Below are positions 12,220 to 24,607 of a stretch of DNA of 64,000 nucleotides, in pieces. Source of the DNA: Mobula hypostoma (lineage: Eukaryota); the NCBI RefSeq assembly GCF_963921235.1, contig NC_086108.1, positions 113,214,001-113,278,000 of the forward strand, read 5' to 3'. Positions within the stretch are counted from its first letter, which is position 1. Every line of letters starts with the position of its first letter. A program made the position numbers and the translations under genes. Below the pieces are notes generated by a model. That model was not told the origin of the DNA and did no database searches. It saw only the letters and a list, made by a program, of their open reading frames with translations.

Positions 12220-13038
12220 CTTAAGCAGAACAAGTGCTACACATGCCCTTACACTTCCTCCCTTACCACCATTCAGGGCCCCAAACAGTCCTTCCAGGTG
12301 AGTCGGCTGGGGTGATATACTGCGTCCGGTGCTCCCGATGTGGCCTTCTATATATTGGCGAGACCCGACGCAGACTGGGAGACCGCTTTGCTGAACATCT
12401 ACGCTCTGTCCACCAGAGAAAGCAGGATCTCCCAGTGGCCACACATTTTAATTCCACATCCCATTCCCATTCTGGCATGTCTATCCACGGCCTCCTCTAC
12501 TGTAAAGATGAAGCCACACTCAGGTTGGAGGAACAACACCTTATATTCCGTCTGGGTAGCCTCCAACCTGATGGCAGGAACATTGACTTCTCAAACTTCC
12601 GCTAATGCCCCACTTCCCCCTTGTACCCCATCTTCTGTTACTTATTTTTATACACACATTCTTTCTCCCACTCTCGTTTTTCTCCCTCTGTCCCTCTGAC
12701 TATACCCCTTGCCCATCCTCTGGGTCCCCCCCACCCGTCTTTCTCCCTGGACCTCCTGTCCCATGATCCTCTCATATCCCTTTTGCCAATCACCTGTCCA
12801 GCTCTTGGCTCCATCCCTCCCCCTCCTGTCTTCTCCTATCATTATGGATCTCCCCCTCCCCCTCCAACTTTCAAATCCCTTACTCACTCTTCCTTCAATA
12901 GTCCTGACGAAGGGTCTCGGCCTAAAACGTCGACCGCACCTCTTCCTAGAGATGCTGCCTGGCCTGCTGCGTTCACCAGCAACTTTTATGTGTGTTGCTT
13001 GAATTTCCAGCATCTGCAGAATTCCTGTTGTTTGTGTT
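12220..13038 (+). mobile_element. 5'-truncated Penelope-like retroelement (Neptune-like): Cys-rich linker, GIY-YIG endonuclease and pLTR
   Basis: KQNKCYTCPY linker; GVIYCVRCSRCGLLYIGETRRRLGDRFAEH...VATHFN...EQHLIFRLGSLQPDGRN; pLTR with hammerhead motif at 12899-12936 (GAAA mutated to AAAA). Confidence 0.88.
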
Positions 13039-13100
13039 TAAATGTTATTTTCTTTGCAGCTTAACAATTAATTACCTGCTTGTATTTTATTCAATTACAC

Positions 13101-13260
13101 GTAGCTGTTTAGTATGTTTCCTAGTGGTCACAGTATGTATATGCAGTTGTTTGGTGTGTCCCCTAGTGGTCACAGTATGTAGGTGCAGTTGTTCAGTGTG
13201 TCCCCCTAGTGGTCACAGTATGTAGGCGCAGTTGTTCAGTGTGTCCCCTAGTGGATACAG
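13101..13260. repeat. 42-43 bp tandem repeat, about 4 copies
   Basis: ctagtgg recurs at 13121, 13163, 13206 and 13248. Confidence 0.9.
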
Positions 13261-13384
13261 TTCTTTGTAACATTTTGGAAAATTCACAAAGCTTCTCTTG
13301 GTATTGCATTATTTGAATAGGGGCGATCTGATTGGTTAACCCTTATCTGAATATTAGAATAGAATATTTCTTAATGTTTCTTAC

Positions 13385-16300
13385 GAGCTGAACAGGTACT
13401 TTGGATCTGTCTTCACCAGGGAGGACACAAACAATCTGCCAGGTGTAATAGTGGCCGGAGGACCGAGGGTAACAGAAGAACTGAAGGAAATTCACATTTG
13501 GCACAAAGTGGTGTTGGGTAAACTGATGGGACTGAAGGTTGATAAATCCACAGGGCCTGATGGTCTGCATGCCAGGGTACTTAAGGAGGTGGCTCTAGAA
13601 ATCGTGAAAGCATTGGTAATCATTTTCCAATGTTCTATAGATTCAGGATCAGTTCCTGCAGATTGGAGGGTAGCTAATGTTATCCCACTTTTTAAGAAAG
13701 GAGGGAGAGAGAAAACGGGCAATTATAGACCAGTTAGTCTGACTTCAGTGGTGGGGAAGATGCTGGAATCAATTATAAAAGATGTAATAGCGGCGTATTT
13801 GGATAGCAGTGGCAGGATAGGTCACAGTCAGCATGGATTTACAAAGGGGAAGTCATGCTTCACTAATCTTCTGGAATTTTTTGAGAATGTGACAATGAAA
13901 ATGGACATAGGAAAGCCAGTGGATGTAGTGTACCTGGACTTTCAGAAAGCCTTTGATAAGGTCCCACATAGGAGATTAGTGTGCAAAATTAGAACAAATG
14001 GTATTGGGGGTAGGGTACTGACATGGATAGAAAATTGGTTGGCAGACAGGAAACAAAGAGTAGGGATTAATGGGTCCTTTTCAGAATGGCAGGCAGTGAC
14101 TAGTGGGGTACCGCAAGGCTCCGTGCTGGGACCGCAGCTATTTAAAATATACATTAATGATTTAGATGAAGGGATTAAAAGTAACATTAGAAAATTGCAG
14201 ATGACACAAAGCTGGGTGGCAGTGTGAAATGTGAGGAGGATGTTATGAGAATGCAGGGTAACTTGGACAGGTTGGGTGAGTGGGCAGATGCAGGGCAAAT
14301 GCAGTTTAATGTGGATAAATGTGAGGTTATTCACTTTGGTGGCAAGAACAGGAAGGCAGATTACTATCTGAATGGTGTCAAGTTAGGAAAAGGGGAAGTA
14401 CAACGAGATCCAGGTGTTCTTGAACATCAGTCACTGAAAGTAAGCATGCAGGTACAGCAGGCAGTGAAGAAAGCTAATGGCACGCTGGCCTTCATAACAA
14501 GGACAGTTGAGTATAGGAGCAAAGAGGTCCTTCTGCAGTTGTACAGGGCCCTGGTGAGACTACACCTGGAATATTGTGTGCAGTTTTGGTCTCCAAATTT
14601 GAGGAAGGACATTCTTGCTATTGAGGGAGTGCAGTGTAGGTTCACAAGGTTAATTCCCGGGATGGTGGGACTGTCATATGTTGAAAGATTGGAGCAACTG
14701 GGGTGGTATACACTGGAATTTAGAAGGATGAGAGGGGATCTGATTGAAACATATAAAATTATTAGGGGATTTGTCAAGCTAGAGGCAGGAAACATCTTCC
14801 CAATGTTGGGTGAGTCCAGAACCAAAGGCCACAGTTTAAGAATAAGGGGTAGACAATTTAGAATGGAGTTGAGGAAAAACTTTTTCCACACAGAGGGTTG
14901 TGGTTCTGTGGAATGCTCGGCCTCAGAAGGCAGTGGAAGCCAATTCTCTGGATTCTTTCAAAAAAGAGTTAGATAGAGCTCTTAAAGATAGCGGAGAGAA
15001 GGGATATGGGGAGAAGACAGAAAAAGGGTACTGATTGTGGATGATCAGGTATATTAAGAGCAAAAGGATTGTAAGGGATAAAATTGGTCCTCTTGAAGAT
15101 CAGAGTGGTCGGCTATGTACGGAACCAAAGGAAATGGGGGAGATCTTAAATAGGTTTTTTTGCGTCTGTGTTTACTAAGGAAACTGGCATGAAGTCTATG
15201 GAATTAAGGGAAACAAATAGTGAGATCATGGAAACTGTACAGATCGAAAAGGAGGAGGTCCTTGCTGTCTTGAGGAAAAATAAAGTGGATAAATCCCCGG
15301 GACCTGACAGGGTGTTCCCTCGGACCTTGAAGGAGACTAGTGTTGAAATTGCGGGGGCCCTGGCTGAAATATTTAAAATGTCGCTGTCTACAGGTGAGGT
15401 GCCGGAGGATTAGAGAGTGGCTCATGTTGTTCCGTTGTTTAAAAAAGGATCAAAAAGTAATCTGGGAAATTATAGGCCAGTAAGTTTAACATCGGTAGTA
15501 GGTAAGTTATTGGAGGGAGTACTAAGAGACAGAATCTACAAGCATTTGGATAGACTGGGACTTATTAGGGAGAGTCAACATGGCTTTGTGCGTGGTAGGT
15601 CATGTTTGACCAATCTATTGGAGTTTTTCGAGGAGGTTACCAGGAAAGTGGATGAAGGGAAGGCAGTGGATATTGTCTACATGGACTTCAGTAAGGCCTT
15701 TGACAAGGTCCCGCATGGGAGGTTAGTTAGGAAAATTCAGTCGCTAGGTATACATGGAGAGGTGGTAAATTGGATTAGACATTGGTTCGATGGAAGAAGC
15801 CAGAGAGTGGTGGTAGAGAATTGCTTCTCTGAGTGGAGGCCTGTGACTAGTGGTGTGCCACAGGGATCGGTGCTGGGTCCATTGTTATTTGTCATCTATA
15901 TCAATGATCGGGATGATAATGTGGTAAATTGGATCAGCAAGTTTGCTGATGATACAAAGATTGGAGGTGTAGTAGACAGCGAGGAAGGTTTTCAGAGCCT
16001 GCAGAGGGACTTGGACCAGCTGGAAAAATGGGCTAAAAAATGGCAGATGGAGTTTAATACTGACAAGTGTGAGGTATTGCACGTTGGAAGGACAAACCAA
16101 GGTAGAACATACAGGGTTAATGGTAAGGCACTGAGGAGTGCAGTGGAACAGAGGAATCTGGGAATACAGATATAAAATTCGCTAAAAGTGGTGTCACAGG
16201 TAGATAGGGTCGTAAAGAGAGCTTTCGGTACATTGGCCTTTATAAATCAAAGTATTGAGTATAAGAGCTGGAATGTTATGATGAGGTTGTATAAGGCAAT

Positions 16301-16930
16301 GGTGAGGCCGAATCTGGAGTATTGTGTTCAGTTTTGGTCACCAAATTACAGGAAGGATATAAATAAGGTTGAAAGAGTGCAGAGAAGGTTTACAAGGATG
16401 TTGCCGGGACTTGAGAAACTCAGTTACAGAGAAAGGTTGAATAGGTTGGGACTTTATTCCCTGGAGCGTAGAAGAATGAGGGGAGATTTGATAGAGGTAT
16501 ATAAAATTATGATGGGTATAGATAGAGTGAATGCAACCAGGCTTTTTCCACTGAGGCAAGGGGAGAAAAAAACCAGAGGACATGGGTTTAGGGTGAGGGG
16601 GGAAAAGTTTAAAGGGAACATTAGCGGGGGCTTCTTCACACAGAGAGTGGTGGGAGTATGGAATGAGCTGCCAGACGAAGTGGTAAATGCGGTCTCTTTT
16701 TTAACATTTAAGAATAAATTGGACAGATACATGGGTGGGAGGTATATGGAGGGATATGGTCTGTGTGCAGGTCAGTGGGACTAGGCAGAAAATGGTTCGG
16801 CACAGCCAAGGAGGGCCAAAGGGCCTGTTTCTGTGCTGTCGTTTCTATGGTTTCTATGATCACGGTGAATGGTGGTGCTGGCTGGAAGGGCTGAATGGCC
16901 TACTCCTGCACCTATTGTCTATTGTCTATT
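13385..16930 (+). mobile_element. 5'-truncated CR1 LINE (family A), frameshifted RT; 3' UTR split by a nested CR1 at 15049-16858
   Basis: KSTGPDG...[13 protein letters not shown]...QHGF...[13 protein letters not shown]...[13 protein letters not shown] resumes at 16856 and ends in (ctattgt)n. Confidence 0.92.
15049..16858 (+). mobile_element. 5'-truncated CR1 LINE (family B), RT with in-frame stops
   Basis: [39 protein letters not shown]; tail tttctatggtttctatg. Confidence 0.93.
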
Positions 16931-17614
16931 ATCTTTGGGGTATGAAAAGAGTGGACCATGTAGCAGCACCATCTTTTTGCTTCTTCTCTCTCTTCCGCTA
17001 TGAAACCTCCACTCCTGTTACTGCTTCCAATTCTCTTTGTTCTATAAGCACTTGATAAAACGATTGTGAAGAAACAAGTTTGATGCCTCTTTCCAGACTT
17101 CCGAAAGAAATTTGGATTAAAAACGTTGGAATCCAATACACCCGAGGTAGCACAGTGCGTGAAGCTGTTGCCTCCCACCTCCAGAGACCTGAACTTACTC
17201 AACAAGACATAGGAAGGGTGGATAGCTGGAGGCTGGGGAGTGGGTGGGGGATACACATTCTTACTGGAGATCTTACTAACTTTGACAGCAGTAATGAGAA
17301 AATAGTCTGTATGTCCAGTCTTGCCTGAGGGCTTAACCCTTCGAAACAGCTTATACCCATACTGATTGAACATTAGCTGAATGACATGCCATGTCATCAC
17401 TCTTAGGGGAATGCAAGACGAGGGGACCCTGAGGCTGCTTGTGCATACAACCTCTGAACTAGCTGAACCTCAAAAGCAATGGGAAAAAAAAACTTTATTT
17501 TTAAACAGAATCGTGGAAAGTGGTTATCTGAGACCTGCACCTATCAGGCAATGCTCTCTTCTCACTGGGCCATCAGTAGGGCAGTACAGGAGCCTCAGGT
17601 CCCACATCAGGACC

Positions 17615-20600
17615 TGGGAGGTTTGTTAGTGTTTTTGGGGAGGGTTTAAACTAGATTTGCAGGGGGAGGGGAACCAGAGTGCCAGAGCTGACAGTGTGGC
17701 TGGGGATGAAAATAAATGATGTTAAAAGTTCATGCAGTCACAAATAGAAGGGCTGTGTGTGGTGGTAATAATCTTCTGAGGTGTGTCTGTTTCAATGCAA
17801 GGAGTATTGTGGGGAAGGCTGACGAGCTGAGGGTGTGGATTGACATATGGAATTACGACATTATAGCCATTAGTGAACAGGAGGGGCAGGACTGGTAGCT
17901 TACTATTCCAGGATTCCGATGTTTCAGACGTGATAGAGGCAGAGGAATGAAGGGTGGGGGGGGGGGCGCTGGCATTGCTAGTCAGGGAAAATGTTACAGC
18001 AGTGCTCAGGCAGGACAGATCAGAGGGCTTGTCTACCGAGGCCATATGGGTGGAGCTGAGAAACAGGAAAGGTATGACCACATTAATGGGGTTGTATTAT
18101 AGACCACCCAATAGTCAGCGAGAATTGGAGGAGCAAATCTGCAGACAGATAGCAGACAACTGCAGGAAACATAAAGTTGTGATAGTAGGGGATTTTAATT
18201 TTCCACATATTGATTGGGATTCCCATACTGTTAAAGGTTTAGACGGGTTAGAGTTTGTAAAATGTGTTCAGGAAAGTTTTCTAAATCAATGTATAGAGAT
18301 ACCAACTAGAGAGGATACAATATTAGATCTCCTATTAGGAAACCAGTTAGGACAGGTGACGGAAGTGTGTGTAGGGGTACACTTCGGTTCCAGTGATCAT
18401 AACACCATTAGTTTCAACTTGATCATGGACAAGGATAGATCTGGTCCTCGGGTTGAGGTTCTATACTGGAAAAAGGCCAAATTTGAAGAAATGAGAAAGG
18501 ATCTAAAAAGCATGGATTGGGACAGGTTGTTCTCTGGCAAGGATGTGATTGGTAAGTGGGAGGCCTTCAAAGGAGAAATTTTGAGAGTGCAGAGTTAGTA
18601 TGTTCCTGTCAGGATTAAAGGCAAAGTGAATACGAATAAGGAACCTTGGTTCTCAAGGGATATTGCAACTCTGATAAAGAAGAAGAGAGAGATGTATGAC
18701 ATGTATAGGAAATAGGGAGCAAATAAGGTGCTTGAGGAGTATAAACAGTGCAAAAAAATACTTGAAAAAGAAATCAGGAGGGCTAAAAGAAAATATGAGG
18801 TTGCCTTGGCAGTCAAAGTGAAGGATAATCCAAAGAGCTTCTACAGATATATTAAGAGCAAAAGGTTAGTAAGGGATAAAATTGGTCCTCTTGAAGATCA
18901 GAGTGGTCGGCTATGTGTGGAACCAAAAGAAATGGGGGAGACCTTAATTTTTTTTTTTTAATCTGTATTTATGAAGGAAACTGTCATGGAGTCAATGGAA
19001 ATAAGGCAAACAAGTAGTGAGGTCATGGAACCTATACAGATTGAGGAGGAAGAGGTGCTTGCTATCTTGAGGCAAATCAGAGTAGATAAATCCCCAGGAC
19101 CTGACAGGGTATTCCCTCGGACCTTGAAGGAGACTAGTGTTGAAATTGCAGGGGCCCTGGCAGATATATTTAAAATGTCAGTATCTACGGGTGAGGTGCC
19201 GGAGGATTGGAGAGTGGCTCATGTTGTTCCGTTGTTTAAAAAAGGCTCTAAAAGTAATCCGGGAAATTATAGGCCGGTAAATTTGACGTCGGTAGTAGGT
19301 AAATTATTGGAAAGAGTACTAAGATAAAGGATCTACAAGTATTTGGATAGACAGGGACTTATTAGGGAGAGTCAACATGGCTTTGTATGTGGTAGGTCAT
19401 GTTTGACCAATCTATTAAAGTTTTTCGAGGAGGTTACCAGGAAAGTGGATGAAGGGAAGGCAGTGGATATTGTCTACATGGACTTCAGTAAGGCCTTTGA
19501 CAAGGTCCCGCATGGGAGGTAAGTTAGGAAAATTCAGTCGCTAGGTATACACGGAGAGGTGGTAAATTGGATTAGACATTGGCTCGATGGAAGAAGCCAG
19601 AGAGTGGTGGTAGAGAATTGCTTCTCAGAGTGGAGGCCTGTGACTAGTGGTGTGCCACAGGGATCAGTGCTGGGTCCATTGTTATTTGTCATCTATATCA
19701 ATGATATGGATGATAATGTGGTAAATTGGATCAGCAAATTTGCTGATGATATGAAGATTGGAGGTGTAGTGGACAGTGAGGAAGGTTTTCAAAGCTTGCA
19801 GAGGGATTTGGACCAGCTGGAAAAATGGCAGATGGAGTTTAATACTGACAAATGTGAGGTATTCCACTTTGGAAGGACAAACCAAGGTGGAACATACAGA
19901 GTTAATGGTAAGGCACTGAGGAGTGCAGTAGAACAGAGGGATCTGGGAATACAGATACAAAATTCCCTAAAAGTGGCGTCACAGGTAGATAGGGTTGTAA
20001 AGAGAGCTTTTGGTACATTGGCCTTTATAAATCAAAGTACTGAGTATAAGAGTTGGAATGTTATAGTGAGGTTGTATAGGCACTGGTGAGGCTGAATTTG
20101 GAGTATTGTGCGCAGTTTGGTCGCCAAATTACAGGAAGGATATAAATAAGGTTGAAAGGGTGCAGAGAAGGTTTACAAGGATGTTGCCGGGACTTGAGAA
20201 ACTCAGTTACAGAGAAAGGTTGAATAGGTTGGGACTTTATTCCCTGGAGTGTAGAAGAATGAGGGGAGATTTGATAGAGGTATATAAAATTATGATGGGT
20301 ATAGATAGAATGAATGCAAGCAGGCTTTTTCCACTGAGGCAAGGGGAGAAAAAAACCAGAGGACATGGGTTAAGGGTGAGGGGGGAAAAGTTTAAAGGAA
20401 ACATTGGGGGGGGGCTTCTTCACACAGAGAGTGGTGGGAGTGTGGAATGAGCTGTCAGATGAAGTGGTAAATGTGGGCTCACTCTTAACATTTAAGAAAA
20501 ACTTGGACAGGTACATGGGTGGGAGGTGTATGGAAGGATATGGTCCAGGTGCATGTCAGTGGGACTAGGCAGAAAATGGTTCGGCACAGCCAAGAAGGAC

Positions 20601-20648
20601 CAAAAGGCCTGTCTCTGTGCTGTAATGTTCTACGTACTATGTTCTATC
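17615..20648 (+). mobile_element. CR1 LINE (family B): ORF1 end plus disrupted ORF2 (APE endonuclease and RT)
   Basis: CVCFNARSI...IIAISE; YYRPPN; VGDFNFP; GSSDHN; RT motifs; 3' half closely similar to 15049-16858. Confidence 0.93.
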
Positions 20649-20921
20649 ACCAGCTTCAGGAACTGTTATTACCCCTCAACCATCAGGCTCTTGGAACATC
20701 ACTCAAATTCAGTTGACACATCTCTGAGCTGTTCCCACAACCGATGGGCTCACTTTCAGGCTCTTCATCTCATGATCTCAATGTTTATTGCTTATTTATT
20801 TATTACTTTGCTTGTTTGTTTTTTTGTAGTTACTGTGAATGCCCCCAGGAAAATGAACCTCAGTGTTACATACGCTAACATTCATGTACAATGGAGTCCG
20901 GTTAACTGGGGCAGCCACTTA

Positions 20922-22055
20922 TTGAATTGAATTTCCTTGCATCCTTAAATCTTCACGTTACATCTCCGTCTAAATGTGCAATGTGCAATCATAGTAATTT
21001 ATAATAATTTATAATAAATAGAACAGTCAATGTAATACAGAGTATACTCAAATCAGCGTGAGTATATCAGTCTGATGGCCTGGTGGAAGAAGCTGTCCTG
21101 GAGCCTGTTGGTCCTGGCTTTTATGCTGTGGTACCATTTCCCAGATGGCGGCAGCTAGAATAGATTGTGGTTGGGATGGTTTGGGTCCCCAGTGATCATA
21201 CGGGCCCTTTTTACACACCAGTCTTTTTTAATGTCCTGAATCATGGGAAGTTCACACCTATAAATGCGCTGGGCTGTCTGCACCACCCTCTGCAAAGTCC
21301 TGTGATTGAGGGAAGTACAGTTCCCATACCAACCAGTGTTGCAGCCAGCCAGGATGCTCTCAATTATGCCTCTGTAGAAAGTTCTTAGGACTTGGGGGCC
21401 CGTACCAAACTTCCTCAACTGTCTGAGGTGAAAGAGGCGCTGTTGTGCCTTTTACACCACACAGCTGGTGTGTGCAGACCACGTGAGGTCCTCGGTGATG
21501 TGGATGCTGAGGAACTTGAAGCTATTTACCCTCTCAACCCCAGATCCATCGATGTCAATAAGGGTTAGTCCATTTCTATTCCTCCTGTAATCCACAACCA
21601 GCTCCTTTGTTTTTGCGACATTGGGGGAGAGGTTGTTTTCCTGACACCACTGTGTCAGAGAGATGACTTCTTCCCTGTAGGCCACCTCGTTATTATTTGA
21701 GATGAGGCCAATCAATGTAGTGTTGTCGGCAAATTTAATTAGCAGATTAGAGCTGTGGATGGCGACACAGTCATGGGTATACAAGGAGTAAAGGAGGGGA
21801 TTCAGTATGCAGCCCTGAACGGCTTCTGTGTTGAGAGTCAGAGGGGTGGAGGTGAGGGATCTCACTCTTACAACCTGCTGGCGATCTGACAGGCAGTCCA
21901 GGATCCAGCTACACAAGGCAGGGTCAAGGACGAGGTCTCTGAGCTTCTTGTCGAGCCTGGATGGAACTGTGGTGTTGAGTGCGGAACTGTAGTCCAAGTA
22001 CAGCATTCTCACATAAGCATCCTTCTTCTCCAGATGTGTAAGGACATGTGTAAAG
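20922..22055 (-). mobile_element. Rex1/Babar-type LINE, 5'-truncated RT to 3' tail
   Basis: YVRMLYLDYSSALNT...QGCILNPLLYSLYTHDC...IKFADNTT...KTKELVVDYRR; (ttcaa)n tail. Confidence 0.88.
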
Positions 22056-22518
22056 AGTTGAGACAACTCTTAAAAAGAGAGCTAATTGAGAAAATATCCA
22101 GGATTTCCTTCATTTATTTGGGACACCTTGCTGTTTAATTGGTACAGGAGACTGTTGCCAACTAGCATCAGTCACGTGCATTTGTGTGGCCATTTGACAC
22201 TATGCTGTGCTTAGAGAGAACAGTGTTGGTTGTGTGTTGTTAATCATTTAGGCTGACTGATGCCAAATGAAAAAGCAGTGATTTTTGACACTACTTCATT
22301 CAGGAAGGCAACAAAGGCAGTGCAGATAAACAGGCCTTTGTGCCCACCACACTTATACCAGTATTTTTGCCGATCTGCACTAAACCCATTGGCCTATGCT
22401 CAGATGGTATCCTTGTCCACTCAAATTCTGTCCAAATGCTGCGGAAGTTTAACGCCTTCTTCTGATTCTGACATCTCCTCTGGCAGCAAGATGCAGATAT
22501 CAACCACTGGAGTAAAAA

Positions 22519-24475
22519 GGTGAGGTTGGAGTAAGAAGGTGGGGGAAGGGGAGGAAGAAGTACAAGATAGTAGGTGATTGGTGAAACTGGGGGTGGGGAG
22601 AGTTGAAGTAAAGAGCTGGATAGTTGATTGGTGAAAGAGATACAGGGCTGGAGAAGGGGGAATCTGATAGGAGAGGACAGAAGGCCATGGAAGAAAGGGC
22701 CATGGAAGGAGCACAGAGGACAGGTAAGGAGATAAGGTGAGAGAGGGAATGGGATCAGGACCTCACTAAGGAGCACCAGGCCATGGTCTTCCACACCAAC
22801 ACTGATCTTATTTACTTTGGGGATCACCCATCCACTGCCACCAACCTCTTAATTCCCTCACCCCACACCTCTCACTTCTACCTCCTACCCCAGATTCACA
22901 AACCTGCATTTGCAGATAGACCCATTGTTTCTACTTGTTCCTGCCCCACAAACTTATATCTGCATACCTCGACTCAGTTTTGTCCCTCCTGGTTCACTCC
23001 CTTCCTACCTACATCCGTGACATTTCACACACTCTTGATCTTTAATGATTTCAGGTTTCCTGACCCCATCATCTTATTTCACTATGAATGTCCAGTCCCT
23101 TTATACCTCCATCTCCATCTCCCACCAGGAAGGACTCAAAGCTCACTGTTTCTTTTGAACACTGTCCCCTTCCCTTCCTCCGTCACTACCACATCTGCTC
23201 TCAGGATGAGGCTTTTCATTCCAGAACAAAGGAGATGTCCTTCTTCAAAGAAAGGGGCTTCTCTTCTTCTACCATAAAAAGGTGTCCTCAATCATATCTT
23301 TTCCATTTCACGCACATCTGCCCTCACCCCATCCTTCCGCCACTCTACCAGGGTTAAGATTCCTCTTCTTCTCACCTACCACCCCACCAGCCTTCGTGTC
23401 CAGCATAATTCCCTGTAACTTTCGCCATCTCCAATGGGATCCCACCTCCAAGCACATCTTCCCTCCACCGACTTTCTGCATTCCACAGGGATCGCTCCCT
23501 ATGCGATTCCCCTGTCAATTTGTCCCTCCCCACTGATCACATTCCTGGTACTTGCAAGTGGAACAAGTGCTACACCTTCCCCTTACCTCCTCCGTCACTA
23601 CCGTTCAGGGCCCCAGACAGTTCTTTCGGGTGAGGTGACACTTCATCTGCAAGTCTGTTGGGGTTGTCTGCTGTATCCGGTGCTCCTGTTGTGGCCTCCT
23701 GTCTATCGATGAGACCTCGCCGAACACCTACGCTCTGTCCACCAGAACAAGTGGGATCTCCCAGTGGCCGCCCATTTCAATTCCACTTCCCATTCCCATT
23801 CTGACATGTCAATCCATGGCCTCCTCTACTGCTGCAACGTGGCAACACTCATGCTGACAGAGAAACACCTTATATTCCGTCTGGGTAGCCTCCAACCTGA
23901 TGGCATGAACCTCAATTTCTCAAACCTCCAGTAACGCCCTCCCCCTTCACGATTGCCCATTCCCAATGGGTCTACCTGGACAGGCAGCTTTGTGGACCTT
24001 GAGCAGGAGGTAGAAATGGGAGGTGTGGGGAGAGGAAATTATGAGGTTGATAGCAGTGGACAGGAGGTCCTCAGTGAAACTAAGGTGTGGGAGACAATGG
24101 CCAGGTACTCCTTAGTGGAGTCCTGTTCCCAATCCTATTTCCCTCACCTTATCTCCTTACACCGCCCCCCCCCATTACCCCCTCTGGTGCTCCTTGTGTG
24201 GCCTTCTTCCTCTCCTGGTAGATTCCCCCTTCTCGAGCCCTGTACCTCTTTCACCAACCAACTTCCCAACTCTTTACTTCACCCCTCTCCCCATTCCCAG
24301 TTTCACCTATCACTTATCACCTTGTATTTCTTCCTCCCGTCCACCCAACTCTTTACCCTGACTTCTCATCCTTTTTCTCTCCAGTTCTGATGAAGGGCCT
24401 CGGCCTGAACTGTCACTCTTTTCCAGAGATGCTGCCTGGCCTGCTGAGTTCCTTCAGCATTTTGAGTGTCTTGCA
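22519..24475 (+). mobile_element. Decayed, internally deleted Penelope-like element: inverted pLTR piece (22519-22760), RT and GIY-YIG remnants, pLTR
   Basis: FYLLPQIHKP..RPIVSTCSCPT (PLE RT N-terminus); GIY-YIG region homologous to 12300-12605; decayed hammerhead near 24382. Confidence 0.8.
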
Positions 24476-24607
24476 GTCTTAATCCAATCTCTTCTTTTAA
24501 CTAAATACCCCCAACCCAGTAGAGGAGGCTTCATCGAGTTCAAATGCATTGTAGGAGACTTCAGGAGGCTTGTGATCTGGAGGATTCCGATTAAAGACTG
24601 TTCTTAC

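Noticed and set aside
13451..20450. Reverse-transcriptase and endonuclease ORFs as active genes
   Set aside because: All are fragments of CR1 ORF2 broken by stops, frameshifts or truncation. No intact autonomous element is present.
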